A stretch of 64,000 bases of DNA, taken from NCBI GenBank assembly GCA_965277805.1, contig OZ255842.1, positions 4,576,001-4,640,000 of the forward strand, read 5' to 3'. Shown in pieces: positions 50,754 through 60,536 of this stretch (the stretch's first letter is position 1; each line of letters opens with the position of its first letter). Position numbers and translations under genes: made by a program. The notes under the pieces were generated by a model. That model did not search any database. It was not told the DNA's origin and saw only the letters and a program-made list of their open reading frames with translations. The DNA comes from Candidatus Lustribacter sp. Lineage in GTDB: Bacteria; Vulcanimicrobiota; Vulcanimicrobiia; Vulcanimicrobiales; Vulcanimicrobiaceae.

Positions 50754-50920
50754 GATCTCCCTGTTGACGACCGGCGCTCGATCCGTTCGAGCGGGCGTCT
50801 TCTTGCGGCGGTCATTATTAAAGTAAACGCACCGTTCCCGCCCGGTGATTCCATCAAGCGGGGCGTTTCGATCACATTATCAGGCGCACCTTATCGCGCA
50901 TATGGCCCGAATTCCAACGC

Positions 50921-52210
50921 TTACGGCCTGTGCCGCTCGTCGTCGGCTAGGGCGGCTTGCGACAGAGCGAAGATCTCATCGAGGAGCCGTGCCCGGTCGA
51001 GGGAACCATCGCGCATGCTCGAGATCGCGGGATGGAGGAGCTTCGAGACGATGCGTAGCGCGAGGCCGGTCACGAGCGTACGCTGGCGCTTGTCGAGCTC
51101 GGGGCAGCGTGCGAAGAGCCGGTCGAGTTCGGCCTCGCGGAGGGCATCGGCCTTTCGCGTGAGTGATGCCACCACCGGTAACGTGCGGCACGCCCGGTAC
51201 CAATGTTCGAACTGCGTCACGTGCGCCTCGATGATCTGCTCGACGAGCGGAATCGCGGCCTGACGGTGTTCGAGTGTCACGTCGACGGTTTCTTTGAGCT
51301 TGTCGATGTCGGTGACGATCGTGCCCGGAATGTGCGCGACCGCCGGATCGACGTCGCGCGGCATTGCGATATCGATCAGAAACAACGGCCGCTCGCGCCG
51401 GTAGCGCATTGCCTCGCCGATCAGTTCTTGCGTCAAAACGAAATGCGCGGCACCGGTTGAAGAAATCACGATGTCGGCTCCGCGCAGCGCGTCGATGAGC
51501 GACGGAAGCCCGGCCGCCTCACCGATACCGAGATTTGCCACCAGTTCGCGCGCACGATCGAGGTTCCGGTTGACGATGACCAGGCCTTGCGCCCCCTCGA
51601 GCTTGAGCCTCTTCGCAGCGGTCCGTCCCATTTTGCCGGCGCCGACCAGCACGATGTTCTTTCCCTGCAGCGGCCCAACGTGTTGCTTGGCCAACGTCAC
51701 CGCAACGGTAGCGATGCTGACCGATTCATTGCCGATGCCGGTCGACGAACGCGCGTTCTTGCCGGCGTTGATCGCATCGCGAAAGAGACGGTGCAGGGTC
51801 TTCCCGAGCGACTGTGCGCGCTGCGCCTGGTGGTAGGCTTCCTTCACTTGGCCGAGGATCTCGGCTTCGCCGATCAGCATCGAGTCGAGCCCGGTTGCCA
51901 CGTGCATGAGATGATCGACGGCCGTGGTTTCGACGAGCGTGTAGAGATACGGCTCGAGATCGTAGGCCACGTCACTGTGGCGGAAGTTGACCAGAAATTC
52001 TTTGAGCTGGCGTATGCCGAGCTCAGCGTCGGTCAGGTTGGCATAGATCTCCAGCCGGTTGCACGTGGAGAGCATCGCGGCTTCGAGAACCGTGTCGTAG
52101 TCACGCAACGCGACCAGTGCCTCGGCCATGTGATCGGGAGGAAACGCGTGCCGCTCACGGACCTCGGCCGGCGCCTCGTGATGCGAGATCCCGAGACAAA
52201 CGAGCGGCAT
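50921..52210 (-). CDS. hemA: glutamyl-tRNA reductase, copy 2
   Basis: STCNRLEIY, GLDSMLIGEAEILGQVK, GAGKMG, DIAMPRD; abuts bchH stop. Confidence 0.95.
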   Translation of the reverse strand: MPLVCLGISHHEAPAEVRERHAFPPDHMAEALVALRDYDTVLEAAMLSTCNRLEIYANLTDAELGIRQLKEFLVNFRHSDVAYDLEPYLYTLVETTAVDHLMHVATGLDSMLIGEAEILGQVKEAYHQAQRAQSLGKTLHRLFRDAINAGKNARSSTGIGNESVSIATVAVTLAKQHVGPLQGKNIVLVGAGKMGRTAAKRLKLEGAQGLVIVNRNLDRARELVANLGIGEAAGLPSLIDALRGADIVISSTGAAHFVLTQELIGEAMRYRRERPLFLIDIAMPRDVDPAVAHIPGTIVTDIDKLKETVDVTLEHRQAAIPLVEQIIEAHVTQFEHWYRACRTLPVVASLTRKADALREAELDRLFARCPELDKRQRTLVTGLALRIVSKLLHPAISSMRDGSLDRARLLDEIFALSQAALADDERHRP

Positions 52211-55200
52211 CTACGCTTTCTCGGTGAGTTGGCGTTTGTAGGTGGCGAGCTCCACATCGGCGTCGAGATCGTTGAGACGGTCTTTGAGTGACTGCTCGAG
52301 TTCCGCATCCTCCCACATGCCGCGCCGGCGCGTATCGAGTAAGATCTCGCCGAGTTCGCGCGTCTTGTGGACGTTGGCGGCAGCGATCCGTTCCCACTCA
52401 TCGAGCGTTACCTCGACCGTTCGCTTCCAGAGTTCGGGCGAGATGGTGTCGCCTAATGCCGCTTCGGTCGAACGCATCGCCTTGAAGATGTCGCCGAACT
52501 CCATCACGCCCGAATAGCCATGCTCCATCATGCGGTCGCGCCACGGCTTTGAGTGAAAGCGCGTCAGCACGCCGTTGACTACGACCGAACGGAAGTCGCG
52601 CACCTTCGGTTCCCGCCGCGTGAGATCGGTGACCACGATCATCGTGTCGTCTTGCCCGATCGATCGTTTCGCCGCACCGAAGGCGGACGTAAACGAGGCG
52701 AACATGTCTTCTTTGACGGGACCGCCGGCGCCCATGGCGACGAGCGGCTGCTGGATCACCTCGACCCGTTCGACCAGAAAGCGCTGAACCGCCGGTGCTT
52801 GCTCGAGGTTGATCTGGTTGTAGCTCGGTATCATGGCAAAGGAATTGTCGCTGATCCACGCCGCACCGATATCGTTGTAATCGGTGAACGTGCCTTGATC
52901 GAGCATGGCGCCCACTTGGCCCATGAACGCATCGTCGCCCATCCCGAAGCAGCGCGCGACGGCGAGGCGCCGGTCGACGCCGCCGGCGGTGAGCTCGTCG
53001 ACGTGCTTCTTGACGAAGTTCATGTCGTGCGGTTCGTCGGCATCGGCAGCCAGGATGGCGGCGTCGTGGATCAGGCGGATGGCGCCCGGAAACGTGTTCT
53101 TGAAGACCGTCGACGTGTTCGCGAGGATGTCGACGCGCGGGCGTCCCAGTTCGGATAGCGGAATCAACTCGGCGCGCTCGGCGCGGCCGAACTGATCTTT
53201 CGCGACGCGCGCACCGATCAGGTCGAGCGCTTGCGCGATCCCGACGCCGTCGCTCTCGAGCATCTCGCTGCCCCAGAGCACCACGCCGACGCAGGCCGGC
53301 AGCGTGCCGCGTTTCGCGGCGGCGGCTGCGAGCAGTTGTTCGACCGTGCGTTTGCCCTTGCGCTGCGCGGAATCCCGCGGCAGCATCCGCACGTCGGTGG
53401 ATGCCATGTTGCGGCCCGTCGGCACGACGCTCCAGTCGCCGACGATCTCGCCGCCGAGCGACGGTTCGAGATAGCGGCCCGCGAGCGTCGTGAGCAAGCC
53501 CTCGCGTTCGGCGTCGCCGATGCGGCCGAGGCCTTCCCAGAGGTTGCGAGCGCGCGACAAGAACGTTTCAAGTTCGGCCAGGTCGAACGGGCTCTTGGTC
53601 AGCGTGTGGCCGCCGATCGATTGCGAGCGCAAGATGCCCACGACCGCGTCGCGCCCGGCTTTGCCGCCGGGGCGCAGTACTTCGCTCTCGATCAGCGCGC
53701 GCGATGCTTCGCGGAGTTCGTCGAGCGTTTCGTGGTTGAACGAGCCATCGCCGTTGCGGGCATCGGCCGTGCGCGCGAGCGCGTCGTAGTCGAGTCCATA
53801 GCAACCGGCCACGAGCCGATGGATGTCGACGTCGGCGAACTCGAGGCACGCGTGGAATGTGTCGAGGCGGTCCTCCGGCGAGAGATTACGCCCGAACACG
53901 TGCTGTCCGGCCGGCGCATACTCTCCTTCGAGGGAGACGATCTCGTCGTGCACGGCACCGATGAAATCACGTTCGGCGGCGGCAGCGGGGACGTCGATCT
54001 TGAACCCGATGCGGGCCACGACCTCAGCGACTTCGGCCGCCAGGTCGGCGCGTTTTTCTGCGTCGTCGCTGATGTTGTTGTAGTAGTCGTGCACGAGGCG
54101 GTGCAGGTTGCGCAGATCCACGCTGCCTTCGACGCTCTTCAACGGCGGGCAGAGGTGCGATAGGATCGTCGCGTATGAGCGGCGCCGCGCGATCGAGGCT
54201 TCGACCGGGTCGAGGACGTTGAAGACGTACGTGTGCGGAACGTTGTCGACGAGAAATTCCGGATAGTCCCCGGCGGCGGGCGACCATTCCTTACCACGCG
54301 ACCATTCCACCAATCCGTGGGTTCCCACGTGCACGATGGCGTCGGCATTGAAGCGGCGCGTCGCATAGCGATAGGAAGCCAAAAGCCACGGTGACGGCGG
54401 CGCCTTCTTATCGTGGATAATGGTGAGGTCTTCCATGCCGCGCATATCTTGCAAGAGCACGAGCACGTTGCCGTAGCGCAAGCCTTTGACCGGCAGCGTT
54501 TGGGGCGGCTGGCCCCAGGCTTCGTAGAACAGCGCTTCGTGCGCGGGCGGCAGGCCGCCGACCCAGTCGCGGATTTCGCCCGCGCTGACGACGCCGACGT
54601 GGTGCTCGCCCGCATACATCCCCTGCAGCTTGCGGCTCGTCTCGGCGTCGTCGGCATCGGGTTCACCGACCGTATACCCGTCAGCGCCGAGGGCCTCGAG
54701 CATCGAACGTACGGAGCCGGCCACGTCGAGGAAATATGCCGCGCCGACGTTACCGGGGCCGGGCGGAAAGTTATAGACAAACAGCGCGAGTTTTTTCTGC
54801 GCGTTCGCGAGATGGCTCAACCGCAGCCAGCGCGTCGTCAGGTCGGAAACGAGTTCGACGCGGTCGGGAATCGGCTCGAGCGCGCTGATCTCTTCGCCGC
54901 GTTCGCGCGAACAGATCGGCGGCAGCGGTTGAATGCCTTCGGTCTCGGGGGTCACGACGTTGCCGATATACTCGAGCATGGCCACGCCGTATTTCGAGTC
55001 GGCCAGATCGGCTCGCGAGAGCGCCGCGTTCACGGGTGACGTATACACCCGCGGGTTGCCGAGGTCGTGGATAAAATCGATCGTCGCTTCCGGTGCGCCG
55101 GCGAACATCGAACCGGCCAGATACAACGGCACGTTGTGGTAGACGGCCTTGACCAGCGGCTTCTTCGTTTTCGGCTCGAGCAAATGTCCGCGTGAGACGA

Positions 55201-56101
55201 TGTGCGCGTTGAACACCGCGGTCATCGAACAGATCACCCCCACGCCGCGCTTTTCCCAGCCGGCGATGGCGGCGTCCAAGACCGGATGGTTCCATTCCGG
55301 CAAAAAGAGGTCGTGCGTGATGAAGCCGATGCGATCCCACATCGGCCGGCCGTACGTCGCCTCGAACCACGGGTCGTACCACTTCAAGTAGTCGGCCGGA
55401 CCGTCGAAGAGGCCCTCGTGTGCGTAGTGATAGATGCCTTCGTTCGCGACTTTTTCCGGCATCGGCGCTTCACCCGCGTAGCCGCAGTCCATGAAGTGCT
55501 TCATCAGGTAGAGGAACATGTTCCCGACGTTATCGACGCTGCGGTTGTACCAGTAGCCGGTGAGCACGAGCGTTTTGAAGATCGGGCTCTTGGTGAACTT
55601 CGTCATGAGCGGCGCCGACTTGACCATCTTCTGCATCGTCAGGAAGCCCTGACGCGCTTCCCAGAACTTGTCGGTCTTCTCGTTCCGGCGATCTGCGAAA
55701 AACTTTTGGATCTTCATCGTGATCTTACGGCCCGGACTCGGCGTCATGTGGTCGTACTCGAAGCCGAGCGTTTTGAACATCAACTCGCCGAGCCGTTTGT
55801 CGGGAATGTCGTACCAGAGAAACTTCAGCCGTCCGAGTTGGCCCTTAGCGTCCATATCGGTCAGCAGCGTCTTGAGCCGCTCGACCGTGTCGATCGACAT
55901 CGACTGCCAGCCGATCAGGATGTCGGCTTCGCGAATCGCTTGCCGGAAGCGCGCGAGCGTGCCGGGATCGTTGAAGTCGGAGGCGCCATAGTGGTCGAGC
56001 GTCCACTCTTGTCCTGTCTTCTCGCGCAGGGCGGGAAAAGCAAGACGAATCGCGTTAGCGCGTTCGTCGGGAGCCCATGAGGAATACCCAACGACTTTCA
56101 T
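52211..56101 (-). CDS. bchH: magnesium chelatase subunit H (CobN/BchH family)
   Basis: 1296 aa; YNFPPG..VGAA, HVGTHG, ARRRSYA, PTGRN, VVLWG, LGRPRVD; context bchM/acsF/bchD. Confidence 0.85.
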   Translation of the reverse strand: MKVVGYSSWAPDERANAIRLAFPALREKTGQEWTLDHYGASDFNDPGTLARFRQAIREADILIGWQSMSIDTVERLKTLLTDMDAKGQLGRLKFLWYDIPDKRLGELMFKTLGFEYDHMTPSPGRKITMKIQKFFADRRNEKTDKFWEARQGFLTMQKMVKSAPLMTKFTKSPIFKTLVLTGYWYNRSVDNVGNMFLYLMKHFMDCGYAGEAPMPEKVANEGIYHYAHEGLFDGPADYLKWYDPWFEATYGRPMWDRIGFITHDLFLPEWNHPVLDAAIAGWEKRGVGVICSMTAVFNAHIVSRGHLLEPKTKKPLVKAVYHNVPLYLAGSMFAGAPEATIDFIHDLGNPRVYTSPVNAALSRADLADSKYGVAMLEYIGNVVTPETEGIQPLPPICSRERGEEISALEPIPDRVELVSDLTTRWLRLSHLANAQKKLALFVYNFPPGPGNVGAAYFLDVAGSVRSMLEALGADGYTVGEPDADDAETSRKLQGMYAGEHHVGVVSAGEIRDWVGGLPPAHEALFYEAWGQPPQTLPVKGLRYGNVLVLLQDMRGMEDLTIIHDKKAPPSPWLLASYRYATRRFNADAIVHVGTHGLVEWSRGKEWSPAAGDYPEFLVDNVPHTYVFNVLDPVEASIARRRSYATILSHLCPPLKSVEGSVDLRNLHRLVHDYYNNISDDAEKRADLAAEVAEVVARIGFKIDVPAAAAERDFIGAVHDEIVSLEGEYAPAGQHVFGRNLSPEDRLDTFHACLEFADVDIHRLVAGCYGLDYDALARTADARNGDGSFNHETLDELREASRALIESEVLRPGGKAGRDAVVGILRSQSIGGHTLTKSPFDLAELETFLSRARNLWEGLGRIGDAEREGLLTTLAGRYLEPSLGGEIVGDWSVVPTGRNMASTDVRMLPRDSAQRKGKRTVEQLLAAAAAKRGTLPACVGVVLWGSEMLESDGVGIAQALDLIGARVAKDQFGRAERAELIPLSELGRPRVDILANTSTVFKNTFPGAIRLIHDAAILAADADEPHDMNFVKKHVDELTAGGVDRRLAVARCFGMGDDAFMGQVGAMLDQGTFTDYNDIGAAWISDNSFAMIPSYNQINLEQAPAVQRFLVERVEVIQQPLVAMGAGGPVKEDMFASFTSAFGAAKRSIGQDDTMIVVTDLTRREPKVRDFRSVVVNGVLTRFHSKPWRDRMMEHGYSGVMEFGDIFKAMRSTEAALGDTISPELWKRTVEVTLDEWERIAAANVHKTRELGEILLDTRRRGMWEDAELEQSLKDRLNDLDADVELATYKRQLTEKA

Positions 56102-56107
56102 ATGCCG

Positions 56108-56150
56108 ACGCTACGCCGTCCGGCTCTAGCCGACGGTGACGATAATCACG
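56108..56150 (-). promoter_or_regulatory. CRP/FNR-like site GGTGAC-GATA-ATCACG and -10 TAGCGT; probable leaderless bchH promoter
   Basis: Site centre 56142.5 is -41.5 from the ATG (56101); -10 hexamer 56113-56108; no SD. Confidence 0.7.
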
Positions 56151-56168
56151 CGCGAGGAATGCCCTTTG

Positions 56169-58049
56169 TCAGCCGATCCGCGCGACGATATCGCTCAGAG
56201 CGAAGTAACGCCCGCGCGCGAGCTGCGCGAGCTCGCGCATCAATCCCGAGCTCTCCAAATCGTCCAGATTGATGAACGTCGTGCTCGCCCGTCCGGCCAG
56301 TCGCGCCGCCAGCGTGCGGCACTGTTCGGCGGCCGTCGCGGCGAGCGCGCGGACATCGCCGCCGCCCTCCAGCACCCGCGTCAGTTCGGCCTCGCCGCCA
56401 AGCGGGACGTTCGCGCGGCCGTCGCTGAACACGGCGATATCCACCTCGGCGCTTGGGTTCGCGCGGCGGAATCGTTCGGCGATGCGGCGCGCCCGCTCCA
56501 GCGCGTCGGGCAGCGGTGTGAGGGCGCGCGTTTCGCCCGGATCGAGTTCGGTAAGCCGCGCGGCCACGAGTTCCACGTTGCGGCCGGCGTGCTCGTCGAC
56601 GACCACATCGGCCGCCGGTCCCCAGCATGAAATGAGCGCGGCGCGTTCGCGCTCCGTGTAGATCGGCCGCAGCAGTTCGCGCGTTGCGGCCGCGACCGCA
56701 GCCGCGCTTTTCATCGTCGACTGCGAGGCGTCGACGATGAAGAGCGTCAAACGCAGTGGGAACGCAGCGTCGATGCTTTCCTTCGGTACGGCGGGCACGC
56801 CGGAACGGATCGCGATGCCGGCATCGAGGATCGTCGCCGTCGCGTCGAGCCGGCCGCCGGCGAACGGCCGCACCGCGATCGGCTGACCCTCGCGCTGCTG
56901 CTGAGCCTTGGCGCGGCCGGGCGCGCGTTCGGTGAGTTGCGGCGAGACGATCATTTCATCGCGCGGCCGCGCGCTTTGCGCGCCGGCGGCCGGTTCGGGT
57001 TCTTCTTGGGCGGCCGCATCGAGCGCGGCTTCGATCGTCGTGTTTTCGGCGTGATATTCGGTCAGCGCTTGGACGCGCAGCCGGCTGCCGCGGAGACGCG
57101 CGGCCATCGGGAGCACGCGGCGCACGTCGGCTGCGCTCGCGCTGCGCCGGCCTTCGAATGCGGCCAACGCGCATGCGGCTTCGAGCGCGACGAACTCCGT
57201 GCGATGGGATTCGATGCCGAGTTTCGTGACGGCATCGATCGCCAAGTCGATCGCCGGCCCCTCCGGCGTGACCGCCGGCAAGAGCGCGATCGCCCGGGCG
57301 ACGCGGCTGCGGAGCGCGCGCGTACGGCCGAGGTATTCGGCCGCGAAGGCTTTGGGATCGCGTGCGAAGGCGGCGTTACGCCGGTAGATCTCGGCGCGTT
57401 CCTCATGACCGGGTGCGGGCGCGATAAAGACGCGCAGGCCGATGCGGTCGGTGATTTGCGGGCGCAACTCGCCCTCTTCCGGATTCATCGTTCCGATCAG
57501 CGTGAAGCGCGACGGATACTCGATGACTTGCTGGCCGCGCTTGACGCGCACGATGCCTTGTGCGGCCGCGTCCAGCAGCACGTCGACGATCGCGTCACCG
57601 AGGAGATTGATCTCATCGATGTAGAGGATGGTGCGATTCGCGGAGGCGAGCAGGCCCGGGCGGAAGGCGATCTTCCCCGCTTCGAGTGCCGCGCGCAGGT
57701 CGACGGTGCCGACGACGTCGTCGATCTGCGCACTGGCCGGCAGCTCGACGATACCGGCCCGAACGCGCCGGGCCGAGTTGCGCGCATGAACGCCGGTCGC
57801 ACACTCTTCGCACAACGCCGAGCCGGTGGGGTCGCAACCGTAGGCGCAGCGGGCGCGCAGAACGACCGGCAGCAATTCGCCTGCACCGCGCACGATCGAG
57901 GTCTTGCCGATCCCTTTGGGGCCGGAGAGCAGCACGCCGCCGATGCGCGGATTGATCGCGGCCAAGAGTACCGCAAGCTTCGGCTCGTCCTGCCCGACGA
58001 TTGCCGCGAACGGGTAAGCAATGGAAACGGCACGCTGCGAAAGCGGCAT
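56169..58049 (-). CDS. bchD: magnesium chelatase AAA+ / vWA subunit (BchI-like ATPase plus BchD-like C-terminus)
   Basis: YPFAAIVGQ, GPKGIGKT, LYIDEINLL, GTMNPEEGELRPQ; vWA VDASQS, TPL, SDGRANVPL. Confidence 0.85.
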   Translation of the reverse strand: MPLSQRAVSIAYPFAAIVGQDEPKLAVLLAAINPRIGGVLLSGPKGIGKTSIVRGAGELLPVVLRARCAYGCDPTGSALCEECATGVHARNSARRVRAGIVELPASAQIDDVVGTVDLRAALEAGKIAFRPGLLASANRTILYIDEINLLGDAIVDVLLDAAAQGIVRVKRGQQVIEYPSRFTLIGTMNPEEGELRPQITDRIGLRVFIAPAPGHEERAEIYRRNAAFARDPKAFAAEYLGRTRALRSRVARAIALLPAVTPEGPAIDLAIDAVTKLGIESHRTEFVALEAACALAAFEGRRSASAADVRRVLPMAARLRGSRLRVQALTEYHAENTTIEAALDAAAQEEPEPAAGAQSARPRDEMIVSPQLTERAPGRAKAQQQREGQPIAVRPFAGGRLDATATILDAGIAIRSGVPAVPKESIDAAFPLRLTLFIVDASQSTMKSAAAVAAATRELLRPIYTERERAALISCWGPAADVVVDEHAGRNVELVAARLTELDPGETRALTPLPDALERARRIAERFRRANPSAEVDIAVFSDGRANVPLGGEAELTRVLEGGGDVRALAATAAEQCRTLAARLAGRASTTFINLDDLESSGLMRELAQLARGRYFALSDIVARIG

Positions 58050-58059
58050 CACGACCGCT

Positions 58060-59178
58060 TCAGGCGACGCCTGCTTGCGGCCTGGTCGCTTGCGGGCGTT
58101 TGTGCAAGCGAACCGGCGGCACGAGCGTCGATTCAATTGTCGGATGCGCGGCCGGCATCGGGCACGCTTCGGTCCACTGCGCACGTTCCGGGGGCGCGAC
58201 GTCGTCATGCGGCTGGAACATAAGCTTTGCGAACTCGAATAGATTCGCGCCGTAGCGCAAAAAGCGCAGGGGCACCGCGACCGCGTTCCGCAATCCGCCG
58301 GCCGCCCGGCCCCGCTTATTGGCGGCATTGTTGCGTGCCATGCCGCGCAGGCAGGCGAGAAAGTACGCCGAGTCCGTGCGGATGCCGAGGCCCCAGACTT
58401 CGCGCGCCGCCCGTTCGGTTTCGTCGATCACCTTGCGATCGAACTTTTCCCAATCGATCCCGAGCCGCGCGTAGACGCTCGATTCGGAGTCGCGCAGGTA
58501 CATCGTCACGTAAACTGCCAGCGTGAAGAACTTGATCGCGAGTCGATTGCGTGTGCCGCGCATGTAGTGCGGCTGACTGCGCAGCATCAGCGAGAAGAAG
58601 CGGCTGTGGCGCCGTTCGTCGCGGCACCAGTTGTCGAAATACCGGAATATCGGATGAAACTGGTATTCCGGATGACGCTTGAGGTGATCGGCGATGTTCT
58701 GGTAGCGGTAAAAGCCGACGATCTCCGAGAGGTACGTCGTCACGAAGATCCACTTGGGATGCATGTACTGCAAGCCCTTGACCTTCGGCAGCTTGGCGAG
58801 ATCGAAGCGGCGGCCCATCTGGCGCATCACATAGTTGAGGAATGATGAGTGGCGCGCTTCGTCCCGCGACATGCAGCGATAAATCGTTTTCAGCGTCGCG
58901 TCATCGAGATGCTTGTGGACTTCGCTGTAGAGCAGGCAGCCGGAGAACTCGCCGATCGCGGAGCGGTTGAGAAATTCATAGAACTCGCTCCATAACGGGT
59001 CGTAATCGAGATCGAGCGCGTCGTCTTCCCAGCGGAAATGCGCGCGATTGTGGTCTGCTTCGAAATCGGCGCGGAGCGCTTCGAATTCCTCGCGCAGCCA
59101 GTCGATCGAGAGCGAGTTGAGGATGCCGATATCGGTGCGGTAGAGCCGCGGCGCGAGCAGTTGCGGAGCTTGGGACAC
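58060..59178 (-). CDS. acsF: aerobic Mg-protoporphyrin IX monomethyl ester cyclase
   Basis: DHNRAHF, EFSGCLLY, SRDEARH, PKWIF..YLSEIVG..RY, FHPIF..F..WC.DERRH. Confidence 0.95.
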   Translation of the reverse strand: MSQAPQLLAPRLYRTDIGILNSLSIDWLREEFEALRADFEADHNRAHFRWEDDALDLDYDPLWSEFYEFLNRSAIGEFSGCLLYSEVHKHLDDATLKTIYRCMSRDEARHSSFLNYVMRQMGRRFDLAKLPKVKGLQYMHPKWIFVTTYLSEIVGFYRYQNIADHLKRHPEYQFHPIFRYFDNWCRDERRHSRFFSLMLRSQPHYMRGTRNRLAIKFFTLAVYVTMYLRDSESSVYARLGIDWEKFDRKVIDETERAAREVWGLGIRTDSAYFLACLRGMARNNAANKRGRAAGGLRNAVAVPLRFLRYGANLFEFAKLMFQPHDDVAPPERAQWTEACPMPAAHPTIESTLVPPVRLHKRPQATRPQAGVA

Positions 59179-59927
59179 TACCGGCGTACGGCCTCAAACA
59201 GATAGGAGTCGTAGAAGAACTTCTTCACGCGATGCGTTCGCATCATCGTTAGCCCGGCGCGGTACAACACTTGTTCGACCTGGTCGTAGGTCATCAGGTG
59301 CAGGTTGGTCATGCGGTTTTTCTGGTGGAAATAGCGCTTGCCGATTTCCATCCAAAACGAATTGAACGGCGTCGCGAGCGCGAACGAGCCGATGATCTTG
59401 TAAGCGCTGAGGTTCGCAAGCTTGGTCAGCATCTCGGCGCACTCGGCGTAGGGGTAGTGGAAGAGGACGTCGAGACAGCACACCAGATCGTAGGACTGCG
59501 AGGGCGCGTCGAGAGCGGCGATGTCGCCGACGAAAAACTGCGGCGGAATGCCGCGTCCGCGGTCCTTCGTGTTGTACTCGGCGAACGAAACCATGGGCGC
59601 CGAAACGTCGAACCCGTGCACGCGGTAGCCGCAATCGGAGAGACGCATCGAGAGCACGCCGGTTCCGCAGCCGGCATCGAGTGCAGTGCGGCTGCCGTCG
59701 TCCTGGATCCAGTCGATGACGCAGTCGGTCGCGAGGTCGTGGCCGTCGCGGATCACCCGCCAGATGGGCGGGATGCCGCCCTGACCGTAGATCGCCGTCC
59801 AGCGCGAAAAACCCGAGGTCTCGAAGTAGCGGCAGACGTTCTTGCTCGTCTCCGACGGATCGTGCCGGCTGAAGAGTTTGCCGGGCGCGAGTTCGGCCGG
59901 TAACGCGCCGATGTCAACCTGCTGCAT
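59178..59927 (-). CDS. bchM: Mg-protoporphyrin IX methyltransferase
   Basis: YFETSGFSRWTAIYG, IRDGH, LDAGCGTG, CLDVLFHYP. Confidence 0.93.
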   Translation of the reverse strand: MQQVDIGALPAELAPGKLFSRHDPSETSKNVCRYFETSGFSRWTAIYGQGGIPPIWRVIRDGHDLATDCVIDWIQDDGSRTALDAGCGTGVLSMRLSDCGYRVHGFDVSAPMVSFAEYNTKDRGRGIPPQFFVGDIAALDAPSQSYDLVCCLDVLFHYPYAECAEMLTKLANLSAYKIIGSFALATPFNSFWMEIGKRYFHQKNRMTNLHLMTYDQVEQVLYRAGLTMMRTHRVKKFFYDSYLFEAVRR

Positions 59928-59961
59928 GGGGTTTTGACCTCACGGATGATGAAGTGCGATC

Positions 59962-60005
59962 AGCGTAACGCGCGAGCTGAGCGGACCTCGGTGATAGCCG
60001 TCACC
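59962..60005 (-). promoter_or_regulatory. CRP/FNR-like site GGTGAT-AGCC-GTCACC with -10 TACGCT upstream of bchM
   Basis: Site 59990-60005; minus-strand TACGCT at 59967-59962 (spacing 1 nt longer than at the other three). Confidence 0.65.
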
Positions 60006-60038
60006 GTCAGCGGCGCCGCAGGTGTGGCTTGCTGGTAC

Positions 60039-60536
60039 ATGGGCCAATCCGGCTGGACCAATTCGGTGAGCATGCTGGTTGCCGCCGAGCGCGCCGTGTT
60101 CTCGTTCGTCGGCGTGCTGTTCTTCATCGCGGCGTTCGCGCTTGCGGTTCGCGCAACCGGCGATCTTTGGACGCTGATCGCCGGCCCTCACGCAACGATC
60201 ATGGTTGCCGGCACCGCCTTTCTCGATGTGATGCTGCTCGTGCTCATGATGGTCGAGCTGGCATATACGGTGACGGTTTCGTTGCGCGGCACGGTGCTGG
60301 CAGCCGAACCGTTTCTGATCGTGGGCTTGATTGCCGTCATCCGGCGCATGCTCGTCATCACGATCGGCGACGTGAGCCCGGGCACGACGGCGGCCGCCGG
60401 ATCGGGATACCTCGGCTCGCAGCCCGGCGAACTTGGGGTTCTCACCGGGGTCGTGCTGGTGCTCGTCGTGTCGATCGTGCTGTTGCGCTTGCGGCCCCGC
60501 TTGCGCGACGAGCACGACCCGGCCGGTCCCGACTAG
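60039..60536 (+). CDS. PsiE-like (phosphate-starvation-inducible) membrane protein
   Basis: LDVMLLVLMMVEL..TV..AEPFLIVGLIAVIRRMLVIT; start placed at ATG 60039. Confidence 0.82.
   Translation: MGQSGWTNSVSMLVAAERAVFSFVGVLFFIAAFALAVRATGDLWTLIAGPHATIMVAGTAFLDVMLLVLMMVELAYTVTVSLRGTVLAAEPFLIVGLIAVIRRMLVITIGDVSPGTTAAAGSGYLGSQPGELGVLTGVVLVLVVSIVLLRLRPRLRDEHDPAGPD

Noticed and set aside
50844-50858. Fifth full regulon site
   Set aside because: Spacer is one base short and no -10 at the matching distance; kept only as a weak possibility.
56940-57020. Definite programmed frameshift signal in the bchD linker
   Set aside because: No slippery heptamer or poly-A run; the off-frame stop could be chance.
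52211-58049. Cobaltochelatase (cobN/chlID) for B12 synthesis
   Set aside because: Co-oriented with bchM and acsF, which favours Mg-chelatase; not formally excluded without phylogeny.
59934-60038. N-terminal extensions of psiE (and of the hydrolase at 61627-61704) in the ORF track
   Set aside because: Non-homologous-looking sequence overlapping promoter motifs; later starts preferred.
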